A stretch of DNA of 64,000 bases, taken from contig CAWDXE010000004.1 of assembly GCA_963806185.1 (NCBI GenBank), positions 416,001-480,000 on the forward strand, read 5' to 3'. The stretch comes from an uncultured candidate division Zixibacteria bacterium. GTDB taxonomy: Bacteria > Zixibacteria > MSB-5A5 > GN15 > FEB-12. The translations under genes were made by a program, and so were the position numbers. This document shows positions 8,844 through 18,128 of the stretch, piece by piece (position 1 is the stretch's first letter; each line of letters starts with the position of its first letter). The notes beneath the pieces are model-generated. The model was given only the letters and a program-made list of their open reading frames with translations, had not been told where the DNA came from and made no database searches.

Positions 8844-9906
8844 TTAGGCGCGATTGGGGGACTTGCGACGATCACGGAGGTAGTTGGAGCCGGGCCGTTG
8901 CTTGACCGCCTTCTTGACTTCCGCCAGAATGCGTGACAGCTCCCCTACGTGAGCAAATTTGCCTCGCTCGTGACAGACGACGGCAATCGAAATGGTCAGA
9001 ATCGGGTACTGCTCGACGTCGCCTTTGCGGTTAACCGTCGTTATGAATCCGCGATCCCGATCGACCTGGTCGTATCGGTAGGGGATAAAAGCATCAAAGC
9101 ACTTGATTATCCAACGGCAGACGTCATCGACAATGTCGTGAGGAATGACATAAATGAAGTCGTCGCCCGCGATATGACCGACAAATCCTTCGCGGCAGAG
9201 ATCAAAGACCACGTCACGAATGATCTTTCCGGTCAGTTTGATGATGCGGTCGCCGTGTGCGTAGCCGTAGTAGTCGTTGAAGGCCTTAAAATTGTCCAGA
9301 TCGGCATAACAGACGGCAAACTCTGACTGCATCTCCATCTGACGGAGAATCTCCTGCTCAATCATGGTCGGCCCGGGGAGCCGGGTGGAGGGATTAAGGG
9401 AGACATCGCGATTGCTGCGCGAGATTACTCGTTGCACGCGTACCTGCACCAGCTTTTCGATCCATTCTCCGTAGATGAAATCTTCGACACCGTGCTCGTA
9501 TGCCGCCACGACATGGTTGGTCGGCGGATCCGGGTGATAGATGATAACCGGAATGATGGCAAGGAAGACGTTATCCTTGATCTGTCGGACCAGCTCGATG
9601 GACGGGAGGGTCTCGGTTTTGCTAGGCGACGACGATGGTACTTACCGGGTAGCGCTGACAGATTCTAACTAGGGATTCGAACGACTCAAAGTAGTGGAAT
9701 GATACCGGCAGGTCCTTGAAGAACTTGCGCAGATGGAAGTCGAAATTCACCCCATGCTGCCGCAAGGCAATATGGATCGCAGCCTTAGCCGGTCGATTGG
9801 CCCCGTCCGTGGCCGGCCAATTCTCGAGGGTGATACTTTCGATGTTCTGCAAGCAGGTACTCTCGGTCAATCCGTGTATATATCTCTGTTGTCGATATAT
9901 CGGCAT
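8844..9906 (-). pseudogene. Frameshifted atypical receiver-GGDEF (diguanylate cyclase-like) gene; true start uncertain (about 9750-9906)
   Basis: ORF 9622-9906 stops at GCC TAG; removing one base near 9624 gives a continuous REC-like sequence (IVVASKTETLPSIELVRQIKDNVFLAIIPVII) running into ORF 8844-9509 with DLDNFKAFNDYYGYAHGD and GHIAGDDF. Confidence 0.7.
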
Positions 9907-10717
9907 GCCCGAGCATTTCTTGTACCATTCTTAGATCTGCCCCTCCTTCAAGGAGATGCGTGGCGAAAGAGTGGCGAAAAGTATGGGGCGTCACCCTCTT
10001 TGTCATGCCGGCCCGCAAAACCACCCTTTTGACTGTCTTCCATAGGCCAACGCGGGAAAATCGCTTCCCGGAACGGTTGGTGATTACCTCCTCCACCCCT
10101 GACCGGCCGGATTCCTTTCTGATTTCCAGATAATGCTTTACAGCCTCTGTGGCCAACTCGCCCATTGGTACCAGGCGTTGCTTGTCACCCTTGCCGATTA
10201 CCCTCAAAAAACCAGCCTCGAATTCAATGTCTGAGATTCGAAGATTTATCAGTTCCGACAACCGCAAACCGCTTCCGTAGAGCAGTTCGATAATGGCGCG
10301 GTTGCGCTTGCCGTCTTTCTCATCCTGAGCCGCTGTGCTGATAATGGCGTCTATTTCGGCGGGCGAGAGGTAGTCGGGATGATAGCGCGAGATTCGCGGG
10401 GCGCGGTAGGCCGCAGCCGGATTGTCTGACACTCGCTTGGTCGTGGACAAATAGCCGAAAAACTGACGGACGCTGGAAATCTTGCGTGCCAGCGTCGTTG
10501 GCTTTCGACCCTCACGAGTAAGGGCGCCGAAATAGCCCGATACCGTTGAAGCGGAAATCGACTTGACAGTCTTGGCCTGACAGGCGGACGCAAAGGCGGC
10601 CAAGTCCGCCCGGTAGGCCGTCACGGTGTTATTAGATAACCCGCGTTCGAGTTTCAGGTGGGTCAGGAACTCCTCAATCGTGAGATCGAGCTCGGTCTTG
10701 TCGGCATTATTGGCCAT
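9785..10717 (-). CDS. xerD: Site-specific tyrosine recombinase XerD
   Basis: ERGLSNNTVTAYRADL, LYGSGLRLSE, GKGDKQRLVP, PHTFRHSFATHLL, LGHADISTTEIY, HPR tail; start re-called at ATG 10717. Confidence 0.9.
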   Translation of the reverse strand: MANNADKTELDLTIEEFLTHLKLERGLSNNTVTAYRADLAAFASACQAKTVKSISASTVSGYFGALTREGRKPTTLARKISSVRQFFGYLSTTKRVSDNPAAAYRAPRISRYHPDYLSPAEIDAIISTAAQDEKDGKRNRAIIELLYGSGLRLSELINLRISDIEFEAGFLRVIGKGDKQRLVPMGELATEAVKHYLEIRKESGRSGVEEVITNRSGKRFSRVGLWKTVKRVVLRAGMTKRVTPHTFRHSFATHLLEGGADLRMVQEMLGHADISTTEIYTRIDREYLLAEHRKYHPRELAGHGRGQSTG

Positions 10718-11426
10718 GGGCGATAGCCAACACCGCGGGCACACGGTACCCGGCCTTAATGAGTTCGCGACGAGCCTCCAGCACCGTTGCGCCCGTCGTC
10801 ACCACATCGTCGACTAGAATGATGGTCGAGACGTCTTTGATCGCGTCTGATCTGAAGACACCATGCACATTTCTTTCGCGAGCGATCAGACTTGACCGCG
10901 ACTGCGGCCGTCGGTGTTTGGTCCGCCAGAGAATATCTATATTTACGGCGATGTCCAGCTGATCGGAAAGGGCGTTGGCAAACACGATGGCCTGATTGTA
11001 ACCCCGGTAGTACTCGCGGCCAGGATGGAGCGGTATCGGCACCAGTGCATCTGCCCGGTGGAGCGAAATCTTGTCGGCGAAGGTGGCCGTTAATTCGGTT
11101 GCCAACCAATCCGACGGTGAGATTATCCCCGAGAACTTATAGGCCACCACCAGTTCTTTCAGGGGGCCGGAATAATCACCGAAGGCATAAAGCAATACCC
11201 CGCCATCCTGGCAGTAGGTGCATTTGGGCTGATCAAGTGGAGACAGGCAAGTGAGACAAGTCGGCGACGAGTAGTGCTGAATGCGTTTCCGGCAGGCATC
11301 ACAAATGGAACCGCCGCCTGTGACTACGTCGTCACATCCCAGGCACAACGGCGGAAACGCGAAATCAACCAGGTGATGAATGAAGCTGTCGTGACCAACA
11401 ACCCAGGGCGACATGTCCGTAATCAA
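10707..11426 (-). CDS. comF: ComF family protein (double zinc ribbon plus phosphoribosyltransferase)
   Basis: Four CxxC pairs; VPIPLH, RGYNQA, LVDDVVTTGAT. Confidence 0.9.
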   Translation of the reverse strand: MITDMSPWVVGHDSFIHHLVDFAFPPLCLGCDDVVTGGGSICDACRKRIQHYSSPTCLTCLSPLDQPKCTYCQDGGVLLYAFGDYSGPLKELVVAYKFSGIISPSDWLATELTATFADKISLHRADALVPIPLHPGREYYRGYNQAIVFANALSDQLDIAVNIDILWRTKHRRPQSRSSLIARERNVHGVFRSDAIKDVSTIILVDDVVTTGATVLEARRELIKAGYRVPAVLAIAHGQ

Positions 11427-11481
11427 CGGTGAGTTTGCTTGGGCTTCAAGCTAAAATCCGGGGGGGCCGCCCAAGGATCGA

Positions 11482-12171
11482 TCAGCCACCCACTTCCTTC
11501 AGGTAATTCCTGGCCGCGTCGGCCGCCGTACCGTTGGGGTCTATCTCGAGGTATTTCTTCCAGTAGTAGCGGGCCGAATCGGGCTTCTGGCTCTGGTAAA
11601 AGACAAGGCCCAGATTAAAATGTGCTATGGAATGCTTTGGGTCATTGGCCAGGACTCTCTTAAACTCCTCAATAGCTCGGTCCGGCATACCCATGCCATG
11701 CAGACAGGCACCGTAATCAGTGCGGACATCAGCCGAGGTGCTATCGATGGCCAGAGCTCTACGGTATGCTTCGGCGGCCACCGGATAATTTCCATGATCC
11801 ATCTCGGTGTTCCCTGTCATGACCAGGCTATTATAGTCTGTCGGAAGATTCGTCAGGGCGGCTCCCATTTCGCCACTCTGCGCCGGTTGTGGGGAAGGGG
11901 TCGCCGTGGTAGGCGGATGATCTTCACCGGTTTGCGGCTGTGGAGGATTCACCGGTGTTCGAAAGATGAAATAGAGCACGGTTACAACCAGCAGTGTGCC
12001 CAGGATTATCACTAAATCTCGGACGCCGTTACCGTTGGCTCTGGTCGTCCGCTTTTCGGGCGCCGCGCCGGCAGTTCTGGCAGTTGAGGTCCCGACGGGG
12101 GCGCCGCATTCGGGACAGAACTTGGCAGGTTCGGCAATGACAGCCCGACATTTTGGGCAGGTAGTAGCCAT
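11482..12171 (-). CDS. Zinc-ribbon, single-TM, TPR protein
   Basis: CPKC...FCPECG; one TM helix; TPR repeats; AGGAGG RBS before ATG 12171. Confidence 0.85.
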   Translation of the reverse strand: MATTCPKCRAVIAEPAKFCPECGAPVGTSTARTAGAAPEKRTTRANGNGVRDLVIILGTLLVVTVLYFIFRTPVNPPQPQTGEDHPPTTATPSPQPAQSGEMGAALTNLPTDYNSLVMTGNTEMDHGNYPVAAEAYRRALAIDSTSADVRTDYGACLHGMGMPDRAIEEFKRVLANDPKHSIAHFNLGLVFYQSQKPDSARYYWKKYLEIDPNGTAADAARNYLKEVGG

Positions 12172-12266
12172 AGTAGATTCGATGCCTCCTTTAATGCGAG
12201 TCCAATATAGACGGGCAGCCCATCGCACAGCAACCAATTTCGAAAGAATCGTCGCTTGAAAATCGG

Positions 12267-12295
12267 CTGACAAGACCGGTCAAATCGCCTATATT
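12267..12295 (+). promoter_or_regulatory. sigma70-like promoter
   Basis: CTGACA-N17-TATATT upstream of the M28 gene. Confidence 0.5.
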
Positions 12296-12327
12296 GACAC
12301 CCGAATCGAAAGCAGGAAAGGACTACC

Positions 12328-14028
12328 ATGCGGCGACTCACCTTCGGGCTCATAGTTCTAAGCGCGCTGTGGCCGATCTTCTCATCCGGCGCCTACACTA
12401 TAACCGAATCTGCCATCGACACACATATTCGGGTGTTGGCATCGGATTCTCTTGAAGGTCGAGAAGTCGGTGAGCCAGGCGAATGGAAGGCAGCTCAATA
12501 CATCATCGGGCAATTCCAGGCCGCCGGACTTCAGCCCGCCGGGGAGAATGGCTTCCTGCAGAGCTTCGAGTTCACCAAGAAGATCGATTTTGGTCCCAAG
12601 AACCGTCTAGTGGTGAACGGCACGCCGCTGGCGATCAACGAAGAATACCTCCCGCTGAGTCAGTCAGCCAACACGTCTTTCAGCTTCGATCAGGTGATCC
12701 CTGTAGATTACGGCATCACTACTGAGGACAGCAGCTACAATGATTACGGCGGCAAAGACGTGGCCGGCAAGGCAGTGCTTATTAAGCGGTTCACTCCGGA
12801 TGCCGGTGCCAATCCTCATGTGGATTTTTCGAAGTACGAATCGCTGACCGACAAGATTCTTAACGCCGTCAATCACCGGGCGGCGGGCGTGTTCATCGTT
12901 ACGCCGTCGGACAAAGACGATACGCTTATCAATCTCGGTGTCACGCACGTCACTCCCAAGGACATCCCGATCGTTATGCTTCGCCGCAAAGGGCTGGCAA
13001 AACTAGGCATCGATTCGGTCGCGCTCGGCTCCTTCCGGGCCGACGGTGAGGTGGAACTGGTGCGCGTCCACGACACGGGGTATAACGTGATCGGGACTAT
13101 CCCCGGGACATCTGACACAACCATTATCATTGGTGCTCATTACGATCATCTCGGCTGGGGAGGTCCAAGTTCCCGATACACTGAAAAGGAAAAGGCGATT
13201 CATCACGGCGCCGACGATAATGGCTCGGGCGACGCCGGGTTGCTTGAGCTCGCGCGCTATTTTGCGGACAAGAGAAGCAGCCTGAAATATACCTTCACGT
13301 TTGTCGCCTTCTCCGGAGAAGAAGCCGGCATTCTCGGTTCGAGCGCCTTCGTCAAGCACGCTGGATTTAATCCGAAGCTGGTTCGCATGATGCTCAACAT
13401 GGATATGATTGGGCGTCTCAAGGATCAGGAAAACGGACTGGCAGTCTTTGGCACCGGTACGGCCGCGGAATTCAAAGCGTACTTCGATTCGCTGAAGGTA
13501 GATAATATGAAGATTACTTTCCGTGAGCCGGGCACCGGACCGTCCGATCACACGGCGTTTTACAACAGTGAAATCCCGGTGCTGCACTTCTTCACAGGTG
13601 CCCACGACGATTACCATAAACCGTCAGACACGCCTGAAAAGATCGATCTGACCGGCGTCAAAAATGTGGCCATGCTGGTTGCCGATATCGCCACTCATTT
13701 CGACCAATTCCCTGCGCACATGACTTTCCAGAAGACAGTTGATCCGGATGCCGGCAAACGGCGTTCTGCGTATTCGGTCACCCTTGGCATCATGCCGGAC
13801 TATGTGGCCGAGGTGAAGGGTGTCAAGGTGGACGGAGTCTCGCCCGATCGACCGGGCGAGCGAGCGGGTATCCTGAAGGGGGATGTCATCGTGAAAATGG
13901 GCCAGTACACCATCGACGATATCTATGCCTATATGAGTGCTCTCGGCAAGTTCCGCAAAGGTGACACAACGACCGTAGTCGTCCAGCGAGGGGCGGACTC
14001 GGTGGATTTGAAGGTCGAATTCAAATAG
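12328..14028 (+). CDS. Secreted M28 family peptidase with PA and PDZ domains
   Basis: Signal peptide; GAHYDHLG, GADDNGSG, EEAG, NMDMIG, SDH, DYH; C-terminal LGIMPDY PDZ. Confidence 0.92.
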   Translation: MRRLTFGLIVLSALWPIFSSGAYTITESAIDTHIRVLASDSLEGREVGEPGEWKAAQYIIGQFQAAGLQPAGENGFLQSFEFTKKIDFGPKNRLVVNGTPLAINEEYLPLSQSANTSFSFDQVIPVDYGITTEDSSYNDYGGKDVAGKAVLIKRFTPDAGANPHVDFSKYESLTDKILNAVNHRAAGVFIVTPSDKDDTLINLGVTHVTPKDIPIVMLRRKGLAKLGIDSVALGSFRADGEVELVRVHDTGYNVIGTIPGTSDTTIIIGAHYDHLGWGGPSSRYTEKEKAIHHGADDNGSGDAGLLELARYFADKRSSLKYTFTFVAFSGEEAGILGSSAFVKHAGFNPKLVRMMLNMDMIGRLKDQENGLAVFGTGTAAEFKAYFDSLKVDNMKITFREPGTGPSDHTAFYNSEIPVLHFFTGAHDDYHKPSDTPEKIDLTGVKNVAMLVADIATHFDQFPAHMTFQKTVDPDAGKRRSAYSVTLGIMPDYVAEVKGVKVDGVSPDRPGERAGILKGDVIVKMGQYTIDDIYAYMSALGKFRKGDTTTVVVQRGADSVDLKVEFK

Positions 14029-14038
14029 ACGTAAGCAA

Positions 14039-14072
14039 GACGGCCGGTGAGGGGTGTGCCTCGCCGGCCGTT
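14039..14072. terminator. Hairpin between convergent genes
   Basis: CGGCCGGTGAGG-GGTGTG-CCTCGCCGGCCG. Confidence 0.6.
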
Positions 14073-14096
14073 ACTTCACCTACATCAGCTCGGGAA

Positions 14097-15236
14097 TCAA
14101 TCCAATCCGGCCGGTTTCAGATTCTCCTTCGAGAACATTTTCTCCATTTCCGCATCAGTGAAGACACCATCCTTCCGGATCAATTTTCCGTCGAACCAGA
14201 TTTCTCCGCCGCCGTAGTCGGGGCGCTGAATCAACACCATATCCCAGTGAATGGCCGACTGATTGCCGTTGTAGGCCTCATCGTAACACTGGCCGGGGGT
14301 GAAATGAAAGGAACCGGCGATCTTCTCGTCGAAAAGCGTGTCCTTCATGGGGTGCAGGATGAACGGATTGACGCCGATGGCAAATTCACCGATATAGCGC
14401 GACCCTTCATCGGTATCCAGCACCTTGTTGAGCTTGTCGACATTCGCATCTGCCGTCGCCTTGATGATCTTCCCCTTCTCGAAAGTGAGCGTAACGTCGT
14501 TGTATACAATTCCCTGGTAAAGAGTCGGCGTGTTGAACTTGACCGTACCGTAAACGGAGTCCTTGATCGGGGCTGTGTACACTTCTCCGTCCGGAATATT
14601 TCGGTGCCCGTCGCATTTTATGCACGGAATGCCCTTGAGCGAGAACTTGAGATCGGTTCCCGGCGACTTGATGTGCACCTGGTCGGTCCTGCTCATCAGG
14701 TCGAACAGCTTGTCTTGCGCTTTGGACATCTTGGCGTAGTCCGCACAACAGACGTCAAAGTAGAACTCTTCAAACGCCTCTTGAGACGTTTGCGCTAATT
14801 GTGCCATGGCGTTGTTGGGATAGCGAAGTACCACCCACCGCGTCCGTTTGACCCGCTCCTCCAGGTGCACCGGCTTGTAGAACAGGGTATTGTGCATGTC
14901 GATCTGCTTCTGATCGATGTCAGCCAGGTCGAACGGATTATCCGAACCGCGGAGGCCGATGTAGGCGTTGGCCTTTTGCATCAACTGCAGGTGAAGTTCC
15001 GCCTGACTCTTCATCTGGTCGGCGGTCGCGGTGCGCACCCACTGGCGGATCAGTGACTCGTCGTTGTAGTACCAGAAGGTTACGACGCCCTTTTCGGTGG
15101 CATAGCGAATGACCTGTTTGCCCAGCTCGAGAGTTTCTTTACCTTTCACTTCCAGATAAAGAATCTCACCCTTCTTCATTGCAAGGGAATAGTCAATTAG
15201 CTGTCGGGCAAGGATTTCGTTCCGCTTGTCTCTCAT
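14097..15236 (-). CDS. Aminopeptidase, M29 (AmpS/aminopeptidase II) family
   Basis: NIPDGEVYTAP, GEFAIG, LFDEKIAGSFHFTPG, SAIHWD. Confidence 0.92.
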   Translation of the reverse strand: MRDKRNEILARQLIDYSLAMKKGEILYLEVKGKETLELGKQVIRYATEKGVVTFWYYNDESLIRQWVRTATADQMKSQAELHLQLMQKANAYIGLRGSDNPFDLADIDQKQIDMHNTLFYKPVHLEERVKRTRWVVLRYPNNAMAQLAQTSQEAFEEFYFDVCCADYAKMSKAQDKLFDLMSRTDQVHIKSPGTDLKFSLKGIPCIKCDGHRNIPDGEVYTAPIKDSVYGTVKFNTPTLYQGIVYNDVTLTFEKGKIIKATADANVDKLNKVLDTDEGSRYIGEFAIGVNPFILHPMKDTLFDEKIAGSFHFTPGQCYDEAYNGNQSAIHWDMVLIQRPDYGGGEIWFDGKLIRKDGVFTDAEMEKMFSKENLKPAGLD

Positions 15237-15273
15237 CGGTAACTCCTTAGTCGTTGTTCAATTCTTTGCGTCG

Positions 15274-15302
15274 AAGATACTCATTCTTCGTTTGGAAGGC
15301 AA
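15274..15302 (-). promoter_or_regulatory. sigma70-like promoter of the M29 gene
   Basis: TTGCCT-N17-TATCTT. Confidence 0.55.
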
Positions 15303-15374
15303 CCCAGCCTCTTGCCGCTTTCCTTACCGATGGAGCGAACTGCCGGACGGTCGTGCTGTTATACAGGAGTGAAT

Positions 15375-16127
15375 TTGAACGAGATTAGAATAGGGACCTC
15401 GGGATTCTCTTACAAAGACTGGCTGGGGAATTTCTATCCGCAATTCTGCCCCCAGGCGGACTTTTTGAAATATTATACCTCGCGTTTCGATACCGTCGAG
15501 CTTGACGTCACCTTCTATCGCATTCCATCCGAAGCGGCCATTAAGAAATGGTATGTCACGGCACCCGAGAGCTTTGTTTTCGCGGCGAAATTTCCGCAGA
15601 CCGTGACTCACGAGGGCACGCCGAAAAGCCGCATTGAATTCGCCCTCCAGTTTGTTCAGGCAATGCGCGGCCTCAAAGAGAAACTGGGCCCGCTGCTGCT
15701 GCAATTTCCTTACGGTTTCAAACCGACTGAGCTGCCTCTCCTGGAACAGATTCTTGATGCTCTGCCCACGGACTTGCAACTTTGTGTTGAGATCCGCAAC
15801 CGTGCCTGGCTGCAGGAGTCGTTCTATGCGATGCTCCGCAAGCGGGGAATTGCGCTCTGCCTGGTTGAACATCCGTGGATGCCGCACTACAACGTGAAGA
15901 CGGCGGATTTCCAATACGTCCGCTTCCTCGGAGATCACAAAACTCTGACCGAGGACTTTTCCTATGTTCGCGATCCGAAGGAGGATGTCATGCGCTACTG
16001 GCGCGACATATTGGCTTCGTACCGCGAAGGAGGAGGGGCGAGCTATGTATATTTCAACAACCACTTCACCGGTCATGCACCGACTAACGCCTTTCGGCTG
16101 ATGGAACTCCTGGCAGCCGGTCTATGA
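15375..16127 (+). CDS. DUF72 domain protein
   Basis: IGTSGFSYKDW, VELDVTFY, LGPLLLQFP, YFNNHFTGHA; start TTG 15375 (AGGAG RBS) or GTG 15369. Confidence 0.9.
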   Translation: MNEIRIGTSGFSYKDWLGNFYPQFCPQADFLKYYTSRFDTVELDVTFYRIPSEAAIKKWYVTAPESFVFAAKFPQTVTHEGTPKSRIEFALQFVQAMRGLKEKLGPLLLQFPYGFKPTELPLLEQILDALPTDLQLCVEIRNRAWLQESFYAMLRKRGIALCLVEHPWMPHYNVKTADFQYVRFLGDHKTLTEDFSYVRDPKEDVMRYWRDILASYREGGGASYVYFNNHFTGHAPTNAFRLMELLAAGL

Positions 16128-16194
16128 CCACACTTGTGGCGCTGATCAGGTATCGCTATACTCCATTCGATTCTCTATGAGGAAGTGACGTCTC

Positions 16195-16971
16195 ATGAGC
16201 AAGTATCTTGATGTAGCGATGGCTGCTATTCGCGAAGCTGAGAAGATAACCCTTCATTACTACAACCATCCGCCTTCTGTTTCGCTGAAGAAAGACCGGA
16301 CGCCGGTCACGGTCGCAGATCGGAAGGCCGAGAAGGCGATCGTCTCGATCATTCGTAAGAAATTCCCCGAGCATCAGTTTCTGGGTGAGGAGTACGGTCG
16401 TACCGGGCGTGGTGAGTTTCTCTGGATCATCGATCCCATTGACGGTACCAGGAACTTCATCGCGGGGATTCCGCTCTGGGGGACGTTGATCGCGCTTATG
16501 CATCGGGAGGAAATGATACTGGGCATCTCCAACGTGCCATTGATGCGCGAGATATTGTGGGCGGAACGGGGCAAGGGAGCCTTTCTCAACGGCAAACGTG
16601 TACATGTGTCGAAAATCCGCAGATTGAAAGACGCCATGGCGTCGACCGGCTCGTACAAATCCTTTGCTCAGGCCGGACACGAACAGGGTCTCATCCGATT
16701 GTTAAAGGCGACCAAGCGCCAGCGGGCCTTCGGCGATCTCTGGCCGTATCACCTGCTGGCCTCCGGGCGTCTGGACATTGTGACCGAGGCAAAAATCAAA
16801 GTGGTCGATGTCGCTCCCTTCGCCGCCATCCTGAAAGAAGCCGGCGGCGAGATTTCAGATTTGGGCGGAGGTCCCGTTCGCCCGGGCATCCGGTCGGTGG
16901 TCGCCAGCAATGGGATTCTCCATGATCGTACGCTCGCCTATTTCCGCAGCCCGCAACTCATTGTCCGTTAA
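16195..16971 (+). CDS. Inositol monophosphatase family protein, HisN-like histidinol-phosphatase
   Basis: PVTVAD, GEE, WIIDPIDGTRNF; preceded by TTGTGG-N17-TATACT. Confidence 0.88.
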   Translation: MSKYLDVAMAAIREAEKITLHYYNHPPSVSLKKDRTPVTVADRKAEKAIVSIIRKKFPEHQFLGEEYGRTGRGEFLWIIDPIDGTRNFIAGIPLWGTLIALMHREEMILGISNVPLMREILWAERGKGAFLNGKRVHVSKIRRLKDAMASTGSYKSFAQAGHEQGLIRLLKATKRQRAFGDLWPYHLLASGRLDIVTEAKIKVVDVAPFAAILKEAGGEISDLGGGPVRPGIRSVVASNGILHDRTLAYFRSPQLIVR

Positions 16972-17006
16972 TTGAATAGCTCAAGCGCAGACTTTCGCTC
17001 AAGGGC

Positions 17007-17033
17007 TCAACAAATTTCGTGGCCCGCCGATAC
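17007..17033 (+). promoter_or_regulatory. sigma28 (FliA)-like promoter of cheW
   Basis: TCAA-N15-GCCGATAC versus consensus TAAA-N15-GCCGATAA. Confidence 0.7.
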
Positions 17034-17144
17034 CATGATTGACCTCACGAGGACCTCGGTCCTCGAGTTATGGCATATTGAGGTAGCCGTCAAATTGGGC
17101 TGGAAAGAAGTGGAACAAACCATAGTTGAGAAGGGGCGGATGGA

Positions 17145-17636
17145 ATGAGTCTAGAAACAACCACGAAGACAGAGCACGCCGGGAATCTGAATTCCGACGA
17201 GCTGCAGTTGGTATCGTTCAACATCGGCTCAGAGGAGTTTGGCGTTGATATTCTCAAGGTTCAGGAAATCAACCGGATGGTTGAGATCACGCGCGTCCCG
17301 CAGGCGCCCCACTACGTCGAGGGTGTCATCAATCTGCGCGGCAAAGTGATCCCGATTGTCGATTTGCGCAAAAGGTTCAATCTTGAATTGAAAGAGCACG
17401 ACAAGAACACTCGCATTGTCGTCGTCGACATCGGTGGCACGATCATGGGGATGATTGTTGATGCGGTGAGCGAAGTCTTGCGCCTGCCGGCCAGCACGAT
17501 CGAGGCCCCGCCGGAAATCGTCACCGGAGTAAATTCCGAGTATATTAAGGGTGTAGCTAAGCTCAAAGATCGCCTCCTCATCTTCCTCGACCTGTCCAGA
17601 GTCATCGATGTTGAGCAAATGCAGGCGGTTGCCTGA
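17145..17636 (+). CDS. cheW: Chemotaxis adaptor CheW
   Basis: EEFGVDILKVQEI, GVINLRGKVIPIVDL, GMIVDAVSEV. Confidence 0.95.
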   Translation: MSLETTTKTEHAGNLNSDELQLVSFNIGSEEFGVDILKVQEINRMVEITRVPQAPHYVEGVINLRGKVIPIVDLRKRFNLELKEHDKNTRIVVVDIGGTIMGMIVDAVSEVLRLPASTIEAPPEIVTGVNSEYIKGVAKLKDRLLIFLDLSRVIDVEQMQAVA

Positions 17637-17657
17637 CACCATTGACCGGGTAATACT

Positions 17658-17688
17658 GAGGGTTGGCTCTGCCAGCCCTCTTTTTTTT
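17658..17688 (+). terminator. Intrinsic terminator after cheW
   Basis: GAGGGTTGGC-TCT-GCCAGCCCTC followed by T8. Confidence 0.85.
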
Positions 17689-17774
17689 GCGCGGCCGCGA
17701 CTTTCTTCGAACTCATCTACATCGTATATTTGCGGTGCACAGTTCACCTGCATTTGACGTCACTCGGAGGACAC

Positions 17775-18128
17775 ATGCCGCAACCTATCGTTTATGTCGA
17801 AATCGGCGCCACCGACGTCGTTCGCGCTGCCGATTTCTACATCTCCGCCTTCCAGTGGGAGTTTACCGACCGCTCCCAGGTGGCCTATTCGACTTTTACC
17901 ACCGGCGACGGAATCGGAGGTGGAATCTATCGGACGAAGGAAATGAAACCTCCGGGCGGAATCGTCTTGTACGTACTCGTGCCGGACATTGACGCCGCAC
18001 TCGCCGCGGTCGTTCAGCACGGTGGGCGTGTCGTCGTTCCCAGATCGGACATTCCCGGAACCGGTTGGTACGGTCATTTCCACGATCCGTTCGGCAATTT
18101 GCTCGGCCTATTCACGCCGCGACCTTGA
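17775..18128 (+). CDS. VOC (glyoxalase/bleomycin-resistance) family protein
   Basis: YVEIGATD...FY..AFQW, GGRVVVPRSDIPG, DPFGNLLGL; GGAGG RBS. Confidence 0.9.
   Translation: MPQPIVYVEIGATDVVRAADFYISAFQWEFTDRSQVAYSTFTTGDGIGGGIYRTKEMKPPGGIVLYVLVPDIDAALAAVVQHGGRVVVPRSDIPGTGWYGHFHDPFGNLLGLFTPRP

Noticed and set aside
9622..9624. TAG read-through (pyrrolysine) or programmed frameshift
   Set aside because: The downstream domain is in another frame, and GCC-TAG offers no tRNA re-pairing or slippery site
9785..10717. Tyrosine recombinase as the integrase of an island at tRNA-Leu
   Set aside because: It has XerD-type signatures, overlaps comF in a housekeeping context, and I saw no att repeat
12208..12236. 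Fourth CGTCTAT ECF-like site upstream of the TPR gene
   Set aside because: It lacks the AC at the matching -35 position and is better read as a sigma70 TATATT box
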